A stretch of DNA of 64,000 nt from an uncultured Verrucomicrobiae bacterium (GTDB lineage Bacteria; Verrucomicrobiota; Verrucomicrobiia; Limisphaerales; Palsa-1400), in assembly GCA_963702845.1 (NCBI GenBank), contig OY969763.1, positions 1,568,001 through 1,632,000 on the forward strand, written 5' to 3'. A model generated the notes under the pieces. The model did no database searches, was not told where the DNA came from, and was given only the letters and a program-made list of their open reading frames with translations. The position numbers and the translations under genes are program-made. This document shows positions 1 through 8,704 of this stretch, piece after piece; positions within the stretch are counted from its first letter, which is position 1; the number at the start of each line of letters is the position of its first letter.

Positions 1-1651
1 TTATTTGGTGCGGCCTATGACGACGGTAAACCGGCAAATGCGCTTAGCGTCGCGTGGAACTATGTTTCCGGTCCTTCAACTGTGTTTTTCAGCAGCTTTA
101 CCAATGCGGTGACAACGATCACGTTCACCAACACCGGAGTCTATACATTCCAACTTTCCGCCAGTGACGGCCAATATATATCCAACGACACCGCCGTAGT
201 AACAGTCATGCCCGATCCGAGAACTCCTCCTGCGGTTGCGATCACCGGTCTGGGCAACGGGACAGCTTTTGAAGTTCCCGAGTAGCCTCATCGACGGCGA
301 CCGTTATCGTCACCGCTGCCGCTTCCGACAACGATGGCGTCGTGTCGCATGTGGATCTATTCGAAGACAATTCGCTTCTGACCACCTTAACCGCCCCGCC
401 ATACACAATGACCGTTTCAAACGTCCCTGTCGGCTCGCATACGTTTGCTGGCCGTCGCGACTGACAACGATGGCCTATCTACTACATCCGCACCGGTCTC
501 AATAATCGTTTATGTCGATGCTGCACCGGTTGCGACCATCTTCACCCCAGCGGAAGCCGCATCCATCACTGGAGCGACTGCTATCATCGGCACGGCGAGC
601 AGCCCGATCCTGCAATCGTATCAGGCGCAATATCGCTTCAAAGTCCCAGCAGATGCCCAGCCATATCCGTGGAAAGTCTTTGCCACCACCAACAGCTCGG
701 TCGTGAGCAATACCGTCGCGGCGTTCGATCCTTCGCTATTGCTCAACGGCATTTACGAAATTCAATTAACCACGACAGATATCAAAGGGCGCACGGCCTC
801 CTCTGAAATCCAAACGCTGCTCGTCAGCCAGGATGTGGATCGTTACAAACTTCCTGCTGTCGTTCTCCGACCTGACCATCCCGACGACAGGGCCTGCCGA
901 TTCAAATTATGCGCACTTACGACAGCCGCGATCATCGCACGAATGATTTCGGTATCGGTTGGTCGTTGGATATCCGCAACGTTATGTTTGCAAAAGTCCG
1001 GTAACCTCGCCACCAACTGGTTTTCCACCTTCGACAACTCGTTGTATTCGCTGGATGCCCTCCAACCGCACCGCATCATGATTACAATGGCCGGCAATAA
1101 GACCTTCGAGTTCGAGGCAGCGCTGAATCCTTCGAAGCAGTCGGCGCCGATCGCCGCGACACGGATGACATTCACGAACTTGCCAGGAACAGACGGCACA
1201 TTGGAAATTGACGGCGACAACAGGGTCAACGTCTCGGGCGTCGGCGGCACGCTCGGCTTCATCGACTTGATTGATTTTACGACCTCCCAATTCTTCAACC
1301 CCACGCGCTTCAAGTTCACCAGCGCCGAAGGCAATGTTTACATCATCGATGAAAAGGAAGGCCTGAAGAGCCTGACCGATAGCTAATGCCAATACCCTCA
1401 CGATCACCACCAACGGCATCTCCCATTCCAGCGGCGTGAGTGTGACATTCACTCCCGACAACCTGGGCCGCATTACAGCGATTACCGATTCCGTCGGCGA
1501 CCAACTCGATTACGGCTATGGCCCGAACGGCAGTCTCGCGACCTTTACCGATACCGCAGACAAATATAACGACTTTTGGCTACACCAACCAGATTCCCAA
1601 ATCTGCTCACTGAAATCACCGACACCAACGGGGTTCACGCGATCACACTGA
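1..1651 (+). pseudogene. Fragmented, 3'-truncated RHS/YD-repeat protein with PKD/Big-like domains (5' end outside window)
   Basis: Consecutive fragments in different frames (82-285, 445-1386, 1436-1651) carry PKD-like GVYTFQLSASDG, Big-like AVATDNDGLSTTS, FDPSLLLNGIY and RHS-core DNLGRITAITDSVGDQLDYGY motifs. Similarity stops near 1650, long before a full RHS core would end. Confidence 0.75.
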
Positions 1652-1757
1652 CTCCCACGCCAGCGAACGAATGATCCAGGAGACTTTTGGATCCGTGGGT
1701 ATTGCTGAACACTTAAAAGTGAATACTGCATCGGCAATCGTGCTGTTCGGCGAAATG

Positions 1758-2141
1758 CTATGAAGTGCCCCAAACGGCCCATCCGGGTTTTGAAGAGCCC
1801 ATATCTGATGGTTCCTCGAGTCGTGGATCGCGTTTGTAGCGGGAGCCGCTGGAGAAAAGTTTATCGAAGCGGGTAGGGACCCGTTGCGCATCCACGATGA
1901 AGCCGCGCGATTCCATAATCTGGCGAATCATATGACCGATCATCTGTTTAACGCGCCGTTGTTGCACTACAGTGCCGAAAGCTCGGATAAGATCATCGCC
2001 AATCGCTTCGACTGCCGGCTTGCGAAGCTTGGTGGCGATTTCGAGAGCAATAATAGTCTCGCGGCGTTGCAGGTATTCCCATAAATCCGGCGAAAACGAA
2101 GCTCGGAACAGACTGGAAAAGTTCTCCGCTTGATAGTTCAT
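1758..2141 (-). CDS. Hypothetical protein (~127 aa)
   Basis: Protein-like ORF (KQMIGHMIRQIMESRGF...LFSSGSRY); ATG at 2141 chosen; divergent from the BMC operon. Confidence 0.6.
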   Translation of the reverse strand: MNYQAENFSSLFRASFSPDLWEYLQRRETIIALEIATKLRKPAVEAIGDDLIRAFGTVVQQRRVKQMIGHMIRQIMESRGFIVDAQRVPTRFDKLFSSGSRYKRDPRLEEPSDMGSSKPGWAVWGTS

Positions 2142-2336
2142 ATGTTGTCTGTATAACACATGCTACGCGTATATGTCAATCTGGCGCCACATATGATAAA
2201 AATTTATTCTTGCTTAGTAACTCCAGTTATACCAACTATGCCGCCCATGATTGTCACTAAGACAACCGGAACGTCCGGCTCGCGACAACCAACACGGCGC
2301 TCGGCCCGTGCTCTACCTTTTTAACGGACATCCCCT

Positions 2337-3662
2337 GTGAAGAATCTCAAAATTGCTATCGGGTCGGACCACGGCGGATTAGAATTGAAGAACCAGCTTC
2401 TCGGCTATTTGCGCGACAAAGTGATGTCGATCGTCGATTGCGGAACTCACAGCAAGGATCCTGTGGACTATCCGCGCATCGCCTACACCGTCGGTCGTCT
2501 CGTAGCCAGCGGTCAGGCTGATCGTGGAATCATGATTGATGGGGCAGGGATTGGTTCGGCGATGGCGATCAACAAAGTGCGCGGCACGCGTGCGGCGGCT
2601 TGTTATAATGTGGCTCTGGCCAAGAACAGTCGCGAGCACAACGACGCAAATGTCCTGACGCTCGGTTCCGGCCAAACAAATTTCGAACTGGCGCAGCAGA
2701 TTGTGGAAGCCTTTTTGACCGGTGAATGCGTTGAGGATCGACATAAGAAACGCGTTGCGCTCATCAACGCGATTGAAAAGGGTCCGATTGAAGTGGGGCC
2801 GCATCAGGCGACGTTGCTCGGCAGCACTGGCGAACAGCCCAAGGTGATCCAGCCGGAACTGGAGAATGTCGGCGCAACCGACATGGATAAAATCACGAAG
2901 CGCGTCCAGGAATTGCTTGCCGCACAAGCGGCCACGACCGTTCCGACACCGAGCGGTCCAGCGATTTCAACCAAGGAAATCCCGAACCTGATCGATCACA
3001 CGATTTTGCGACCTGACACGAACAAGACTGATATCGAACAGCTCTGCAAAGAAGCGCGTCAGTATAAATTTTTCTCGGTGTGCGTGAACCCAACCTGGGT
3101 TACGCTCGCTCGCCAATTGCTCGATGGTTCAGGCGTTAAAGTTTGTTGTGTCGTCGGATTCCCGCTCGGTGCGCAACCTCCCGAGACAAAAGCAATGGAA
3201 GCGCGCGCGGCCATTCGCCAGGGCGCGAAGGAAATCGACATGGTCATCAACGTTGGCGCGCTGCGCAGCGGTGATGATGATTTGGTTTTGCGTGATATTC
3301 GCGCGGTGGTTGAGGCGTGCCGTGATGGCAGCGCCAAATGCAAAGTGATTTTGGAAACGTCCTTGCTCACCAATGCGGAGAAGGCGCGGGCTTGTGAGAT
3401 CGCCGTGCAAGCACGCGCGGATTTCGTCAAGACTTCCACTGGATTCAGCGGTGGGGGCGCGACCGTCGAAGACGTTTCGCTGATGAGCCGCATGGTTCGC
3501 GACAAGGGTCTGCACGTGAAGGCGTCGGGTGGCGTTCGCTCATACGCAGATTTGCGCGCGATGGTGCAAGCGGGCGCGACGCGCATCGGGACGAGCAGTG
3601 GAATCAAGATCATGCAAGAAGCCAGCGGCCAGGCTGTGACCGCACAAGCCGCAAAATATTAG
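2337..3662 (+). CDS. rpiB-deoC: RpiB (ribose-5-phosphate isomerase B)-DeoC (deoxyribose-phosphate aldolase) fusion
   Basis: N-terminal [30 protein letters not shown] (RpiB); C-terminal [50 protein letters not shown] (DeoC). Confidence 0.95.
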   Translation: MKNLKIAIGSDHGGLELKNQLLGYLRDKVMSIVDCGTHSKDPVDYPRIAYTVGRLVASGQADRGIMIDGAGIGSAMAINKVRGTRAAACYNVALAKNSREHNDANVLTLGSGQTNFELAQQIVEAFLTGECVEDRHKKRVALINAIEKGPIEVGPHQATLLGSTGEQPKVIQPELENVGATDMDKITKRVQELLAAQAATTVPTPSGPAISTKEIPNLIDHTILRPDTNKTDIEQLCKEARQYKFFSVCVNPTWVTLARQLLDGSGVKVCCVVGFPLGAQPPETKAMEARAAIRQGAKEIDMVINVGALRSGDDDLVLRDIRAVVEACRDGSAKCKVILETSLLTNAEKARACEIAVQARADFVKTSTGFSGGGATVEDVSLMSRMVRDKGLHVKASGGVRSYADLRAMVQAGATRIGTSSGIKIMQEASGQAVTAQAAKY

Positions 3663-3674
3663 GAGACCAAAAAC

Positions 3675-4310
3675 ATGGCAGACTTACGTTCATACATTTT
3701 TCTCGACTCCCTGCAACCGCAGGTGGCGTCATTCTTCGCCACCGTGTCGCAAGGCTTTTTGCCGGTTGCCGGCCAGGCGTCGCTGTTCGTCGAAATTTCG
3801 CCCGGCATGGAAATCAATCGCATTACCGACATTGCGTTGAAGACCGTTAAAGTCACGCCCGGTATGCAGATCATCGAGCGTCTTTACGGCATGCTCGAGA
3901 TTCACTCGGAATCGCAGGCCGACGTGCGCGCTGCGGGAGAAGCGATTTTGAACGCACTTGAGCTGAAGGAAGAAGGCCGTTACAAGCCGATGATTTACAG
4001 CCAGAGCATTATTCGCCGCATCGACGATTATCACACGATGCTGATTAACCGCACGCGTCACGGCAACATGATCCTGCCCGGGCACTCGTTGTTCACGATG
4101 GAAGTCGCGCCCGCTGCCTATGCTGCGTTCGCCGCGAACGAAGCCGAGAAAGCAGCGGACGTAAATATTTTGGAAATTCGCGCCTTCGGGTCATTCGGCC
4201 GTATTTACCTCGGCGGCGAAGATAAAGATATCAATGAAGCCGCGAAAGCTGCAGAAGCGGCGATCCTGAGCATTAGTGGTCGTGAAATGAAGGGCGGCAG
4301 CGGCGGTTAG
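3675..4310 (+). CDS. BMC tandem-domain shell protein (permuted, BMC-T dp/CcmP-like)
   Basis: LRSYIFLDSLQPQ, ERLYGMLEIH, AANEAEKAA, FGRIYLGG motifs; 211 aa; operon context. Confidence 0.88.
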   Translation: MADLRSYIFLDSLQPQVASFFATVSQGFLPVAGQASLFVEISPGMEINRITDIALKTVKVTPGMQIIERLYGMLEIHSESQADVRAAGEAILNALELKEEGRYKPMIYSQSIIRRIDDYHTMLINRTRHGNMILPGHSLFTMEVAPAAYAAFAANEAEKAADVNILEIRAFGSFGRIYLGGEDKDINEAAKAAEAAILSISGREMKGGSGG

Positions 4311-4383
4311 GCCGAACGTCGGTTTAGTTTTGAAATTTAAAAGTTTTAGTTCAGTCACCTAAACAATAAACAAAGAAAAACAT

Positions 4384-4683
4384 ATGGCAGAAGCATTAGG
4401 CTTACTCGAAACACGGTCCTTTGCCGCGATGGTTGAAGGCGCCGACGCAATGGTTAAAGCCGCAAAAGTCGAACTCGTGAATTTCGAGAAGACCGGCGGC
4501 GGTTATGTCACTGCGGTCATCCGTGGCGACGTCGCAGCCGTCAAAGCAGCGACCGATGCCGGTCGTATTGCCGCGAGCCGCGTTGGTGAAGTTGTCTCCG
4601 TCCACGTCATTCCTCGCCCGCACATGGGTGTTGATGAAGTGTTGCCGGTAGTGCGCAACCTCACCAAGTCGCCGAAAAAGTAA
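4384..4683 (+). CDS. BMC hexamer shell protein (EutM/PduA-like)
   Basis: [36 protein letters not shown] motifs. Confidence 0.95.
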   Translation: MAEALGLLETRSFAAMVEGADAMVKAAKVELVNFEKTGGGYVTAVIRGDVAAVKAATDAGRIAASRVGEVVSVHVIPRPHMGVDEVLPVVRNLTKSPKK

Positions 4684-4691
4684 AACAATTT

Positions 4692-4765
4692 TGCCTTGTC
4701 GGGGTTCGGGACGCCGTGAAAGCTGCGTCCGGTCGGCCTTCGGGTCGATCTTACCTCGGCAGGCA
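4692..4765 (+). promoter_or_regulatory. Structured intergenic RNA element (closing stem plus two hairpins) after the BMC-H gene
   Basis: TGCCTTGTCGGGGT pairs imperfectly with ACCTCGGCAGGCA. Inside are GGACGC/GCGTCC around a GAAA-containing loop and GGTCGGCC-TTCG-GGTCGATC. Confidence 0.55.
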
Positions 4766-4773
4766 TTTAGTTT

Positions 4774-5064
4774 ATGAATCTTGGCAAAGTTGTCGGCACT
4801 CTCGTCGCCACGCGCAAGGAAAGCACGATGGACGGGCTTAAATTTATGCTCGTCAAACACGTCGATCCCGAAGGCAAAGAAACCGGCGGACACGTTGTCG
4901 CCGCTGATGCCGTCGGTGCTGGGCCTGGTGAAATGGTTCTCATTGCCACCGGTAGTTCCGCGCGCCAAACCATTGCGACCCAAAACCGCCCATGCGACGC
5001 GGTCATTATGGCCATCGTCGACCAGTGGGAAATTAACGGCGTCGACAAATACAAGAAAGACTAG
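4774..5064 (+). CDS. BMC pentamer vertex protein (EutN/CcmL family)
   Basis: [41 protein letters not shown]. Confidence 0.93.
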   Translation: MNLGKVVGTLVATRKESTMDGLKFMLVKHVDPEGKETGGHVVAADAVGAGPGEMVLIATGSSARQTIATQNRPCDAVIMAIVDQWEINGVDKYKKD

Positions 5065-5071
5065 GTGATTT

Positions 5072-6514
5072 GTGGCTGGCCTTGCTGATCAAGAAATTGA
5101 AGCGATAGCTCTAAAGATTGTCGCCGGATTGAGCGGTCGCCCCGCGTCCGTTGACAAACCGCGTTCGTCCGCGCCGTCCATCGCGGGGCAGCTCGGCGTG
5201 TTCGACAGCGTCGACGAAGCTGTCCGCGCGGCGAGCACCAGCTTTTGCCAATATTCACAAATGGGTTTGGAAAAGCGCAAAGCGATCATCGCCTCCATTC
5301 GCGAATCCATGCGCGAAAACGGGAAGATGTTGGCCAAGGAAGCGCACGAAGAAACCGGTCTGGGCCGTTACGAAGACAAGATTCTCAAGAACCAACTGGT
5401 AACTGAAAAAACTCCGGGCACCGAAGATCTCATTCCGCAGACTGTCACAGGTGACGATGGTCTGACGCTGACTGAGCCGGCGCCTTACGGAGTTATCGCA
5501 GCCATTACACCAACGACAAACCCGACGTCGACCATTATTAATAATGCGATCGGGATGTTGGCGGCTGGTAATGCGGTCGTGTTCAACGTGCATCCTGGAG
5601 CCAAGCGCGTTTCGTGTCACAACGTTGCGCTAATCAATAAAGCCATCGCAGCCGCGGGTGGTCCGCAAACGCTCGTGACGTGCATTGCGAACCCAACGGT
5701 TGAATCCGCGAACACTGTCATGAAACATCCCGGCATCCGCCTGGTTGTGGTGACTGGTGGCGGTGGGGTGGTGCAAGCGGCGATGTCCAGTGGCAAGCGC
5801 GCGATTTGCGCTGGTCCTGGTAATCCGCCGGTTCTCGTTGATGAAACGGCAAACATCGACAAAGCCGCCAAGGACATCGTCCTCGGCGCATCGTTCGATA
5901 ACAATATCATCTGTGCCGACGAAAAAGAATGCATCGTCGTCAACAGTGTCGCCGAACAATTGATTCTCGCGATGACCTACAGCGGCGGCTTGCTCATCAC
6001 GAAAAGTGAATTGGCCGCACTCGAAAAAGTAATTTTCAAAAAACAATACGGCCCACGTAAAGAAGCGGACATCGACCGCACGCTCATCGGCAAAAACGCG
6101 AGCTACATTTTGAACAAGGCCGGTATCCGTTGCGATGACTCGGTTCGACTCGGCATCGTCGAAGTTGATCACGATCATCCGTTGCTCTGGACCGAGCAGA
6201 TGATGCCGATCCTGCCCATCACGCGCGTGCGCGATGCGGACGAAGGAATCGATTTCTGTCTCGCGCTCGAACATCCCCGCCGTCACACCTTCGTGATGCA
6301 TTCGGAGAATCTTTCGAATCTCAGCCGCATGGCGCGCGAATGTAACGCGAGCATCTTCGTCAAAAACGGACGGTCCCAGGCGGGACTCGGTTTTGGCGGC
6401 GAAGGCCCCACTTCATTTACAATCGCCAGTCCGACTGGTGAAGGCATGACCACCGCGCGCCATTTCTCGCGCTGGCGTCGTTGCGCGCTCGTCGGTTCAT
6501 TCCGAATTGTGTAA
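5072..6514 (+). CDS. CoA-acylating aldehyde dehydrogenase (EutE/PduP family) with N-terminal extension
   Basis: EETGLGRYEDK, TPTTNP, VTGGGGVV, AGPGNPP, SFDNNIICADEK, EQMMP, SFTIASPTGEG. Confidence 0.93.
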   Translation: MAGLADQEIEAIALKIVAGLSGRPASVDKPRSSAPSIAGQLGVFDSVDEAVRAASTSFCQYSQMGLEKRKAIIASIRESMRENGKMLAKEAHEETGLGRYEDKILKNQLVTEKTPGTEDLIPQTVTGDDGLTLTEPAPYGVIAAITPTTNPTSTIINNAIGMLAAGNAVVFNVHPGAKRVSCHNVALINKAIAAAGGPQTLVTCIANPTVESANTVMKHPGIRLVVVTGGGGVVQAAMSSGKRAICAGPGNPPVLVDETANIDKAAKDIVLGASFDNNIICADEKECIVVNSVAEQLILAMTYSGGLLITKSELAALEKVIFKKQYGPRKEADIDRTLIGKNASYILNKAGIRCDDSVRLGIVEVDHDHPLLWTEQMMPILPITRVRDADEGIDFCLALEHPRRHTFVMHSENLSNLSRMARECNASIFVKNGRSQAGLGFGGEGPTSFTIASPTGEGMTTARHFSRWRRCALVGSFRIV

Positions 6515-7129
6515 GTGAGAAGTTATTCAACCATCGCCGTGATTGAGTTCGCCAGCATGGCTGATGGAATTTTCTGCACCGACGCGCTGCTCAAGAAAGC
6601 CCCAATCGGAATGCTCAAAGCCGGCACCGTCAGCGGCGGCCGCTATCTTATTATCATCGGCGGTTCGACTGCAGCAGTTGAAGAATCCCTCAACGAAGCT
6701 ATTGCAGTCAGTGAAGGCAGTGTGCTCGATCACATTTTGCTGCCCGACCTTCACCAGCGTGTGCACGATTCCATTCTCGGAAAACGTGGGCGTGTCACGA
6801 CTGACCCGATTGCAATTCTCGAAACCGATACCGTTTCCGCTAACATCCGCGCTGCAGAATTGGCGTTGAAAGGCACCGACGTCCGGCTTATTGAAATTCG
6901 CATCGCTGATTACGAAATGTCCGGCAAAGCCATCAGCATCTTCAACGGCAACCTTTACGAAGTGGAAGCCGCGATGGATCTCGCGACTGCATTTTTGCGT
7001 GGCCGCAAAGAATACGTGAAACATCGGATCATTCCGAACCCGCACGAACATCTCACCGCGCAATTGGCGAGCGGTACACGTTTTGCCACCAACGCACCGC
7101 GCGAATTGGAAGGGGAGGAAGTCTCGTAA
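6515..7129 (+). CDS. BMC tandem-domain shell protein (BMC-T, PduT-like)
   Basis: Two BMC-like halves (IAVIEF...DALLKKA...GGSTAAVEES; IAILET...IIPNPH). Confidence 0.82.
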   Translation: MRSYSTIAVIEFASMADGIFCTDALLKKAPIGMLKAGTVSGGRYLIIIGGSTAAVEESLNEAIAVSEGSVLDHILLPDLHQRVHDSILGKRGRVTTDPIAILETDTVSANIRAAELALKGTDVRLIEIRIADYEMSGKAISIFNGNLYEVEAAMDLATAFLRGRKEYVKHRIIPNPHEHLTAQLASGTRFATNAPRELEGEEVS

Positions 7130-7407
7130 TGCTACTCGGCAAAGTCATCGGAACATTAGTTACGTGCGTTGCTTACCAAGGCCTCGAAGGAATGCCGATG
7201 TTGTGGGTGCAACCGCTCGATAAAAACGGCAATCCCAAAGGCGAACCGGTCGTTGCCTGCGATTCGACCCGCGCCGCAGGGCGTGGTGAATTAGTTTACT
7301 ACGAAGGCGGTCGCGAGGCCGCGATGGCTTTGGAGACGACCTTTGTCCCGGTTGATCACACGATCATAGGTATTGTTGATGATTTGAATATTCCGACTGG
7401 TTATTGA
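7129..7407 (+). CDS. BMC pentamer vertex protein (EutN/CcmL family)
   Basis: GKVIGTLV, VACD..AGRGELV, GREAA, PVDHTIIGIVD. Confidence 0.9.
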   Translation: MLLGKVIGTLVTCVAYQGLEGMPMLWVQPLDKNGNPKGEPVVACDSTRAAGRGELVYYEGGREAAMALETTFVPVDHTIIGIVDDLNIPTGY

Positions 7408-7416
7408 TTTTGGCCG

Positions 7417-7457
7417 GAATCTGAGATTTCAAATTTCAAATTTGAAATTTCAAATCA
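7417..7457 (+). repeat. 7-bp-period array (ATTTCAA-type), left flank of the four-helix-bundle gene
   Basis: GAATCTGAGATTTCAAATTTCAAATTTGAAATTTCAAATCA. Confidence 0.85.
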
Positions 7458-7486
7458 GAAAAAGCGAAGAACCAAGTGGCGATGTC

Positions 7487-7993
7487 ATGACATATCAAAA
7501 CTTTGAAGATTTACCGGTTTGGAATGAGGCGGTTCGCCTTGCCGAACAAATATACGGTTTGACTGAAGGCAGCAACCTCCGTGGCTATGGCAGTCTGCGC
7601 GACCAACTGGAGCGCGCCGGATTATCCGTTTCGAATAATATTGCTGAAGGGTTTGAACGAGGGACGACATCGGATTTGTTGAAATTCATTTACATCGCTC
7701 GTGGTTCTGCAGGTGAAGTCCGTTCTATCCTACGTGTAATGAGCCGAATTTCTGTATTTAAGAATTTTAAAGCTGAAATTTCAAATTTGATATCGCTGGC
7801 GCTTAGCTGCTCGCGACAACTTCGCGGTTGGGCGGAATCTTTGCAAAATACAGACATCAAAGGCCAGCGGTATAAAACCGCCAAAGACAAAGCCGGCGCT
7901 GAACAGAAAGAACGGGCGAAAGCCTTAACGAAGAAACTTCGTGAGATGTTACCTGCCGAGCATCCGTTGCGGCAACAGGACTCGCGACTTTGA
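7487..7993 (+). CDS. Four-helix-bundle protein (23S rRNA intervening-sequence protein family, Avd-like fold)
   Basis: FEDLPVW, LRDQLERAGLSVSNNIAEGFERG, FIYIARGSAGEVRS; ATG at 7487. Confidence 0.9.
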   Translation: MTYQNFEDLPVWNEAVRLAEQIYGLTEGSNLRGYGSLRDQLERAGLSVSNNIAEGFERGTTSDLLKFIYIARGSAGEVRSILRVMSRISVFKNFKAEISNLISLALSCSRQLRGWAESLQNTDIKGQRYKTAKDKAGAEQKERAKALTKKLREMLPAEHPLRQQDSRL

Positions 7994-8024
7994 TTTGAAA
8001 TTTGAAATCTGAAATTTGAGATTC
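7991..8024 (+). repeat. 7-bp-period array (TTTGAAA-type), inverted relative to the left flank
   Basis: TGATTTGAAATTTGAAATCTGAAATTTGAGATTC; its reverse complement matches both ends of 7417-7457. Confidence 0.85.
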
Positions 8025-8029
8025 TTGTT

Positions 8030-8302
8030 ATGATCATCGGCACCGTCAAAGGCGACATCGTTTCCACAATCAATCATCCGTTCTACACCGGCAAAAGAAT
8101 GTTGGTCGTGGAGAAGGAAGATTTCGCGGGTAAAGCCGGTGGCTACATCATCGCTATCGATGGCGGGGTAGGGGCAGGCGTTGGTGATCGCGTGCTCATC
8201 GTTGATGAAGGCACTGGTGCCCGGCAGATCGTTGGCGATCCAAAAGCCCCTCTGCGTTCGATCATCGTTGGTGTCATTGACCACATAGAAACCGAAGCTT
8301 AA
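8030..8302 (+). CDS. BMC pentamer vertex protein (EutN/CcmL family)
   Basis: GTVKGDIVST, IAID..GAGVGDRVL, EGTGAR, IIVGVID. Confidence 0.9.
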   Translation: MIIGTVKGDIVSTINHPFYTGKRMLVVEKEDFAGKAGGYIIAIDGGVGAGVGDRVLIVDEGTGARQIVGDPKAPLRSIIVGVIDHIETEA

Positions 8303-8310
8303 GTTTCTAC

Positions 8311-8514
8311 GTGAGATTCGAAGTCACCGTCCAGGCTGATAGCAGCGGCGGTTACACCGCCAGTTGCGAAGACCCGCAATGCATCGGCCACGGTCTCTCT
8401 CCCTCCAACGCCCTTGATCAAATTCGCGAAGAAATCCGCTACCGGATGGAGCTTTGTCCGTGTACCACAGTGAACGATCAGTTCGTGGAGTTGGACGTCA
8501 TTTCCGCGTTGTAA
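8311..8514 (+). CDS. Small protein, HicB-N-terminal-like fold, Cys-containing
   Basis: 8 bp after the last BMC-P gene; GGYTASC..CIGHG....ALDQIREEI pattern; CPC motif. Confidence 0.6.
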   Translation: MRFEVTVQADSSGGYTASCEDPQCIGHGLSPSNALDQIREEIRYRMELCPCTTVNDQFVELDVISAL

Positions 8515-8704
8515 CCACAAGCCGCTCAGGTTTGTGAGGTCTGGCCTCACAGCAAGTAAGATGTGTTACCTTCGTGTATCCGCTTGACTCCCACACCGTC
8601 CCTAAGTCATAACAAGCGGAAATCCTGATTGACCCTTGAGCCAGAGTACCGTCTTCGCTAAAAATGGCTTCGGCTCACCGTTCACAACAGAGTCCAGAAA
8701 AACC

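Noticed and set aside
4322..4356. AT-rich quasi-periodic stretch before the BMC-H gene
   Set aside because: Too degenerate to call a heptamer array; may simply be an unstructured translation leader.
7487..7993. Diversity-generating retroelement (Avd-like protein)
   Set aside because: No reverse transcriptase, and no template/variable repeat pair with adenine-specific differences was seen.
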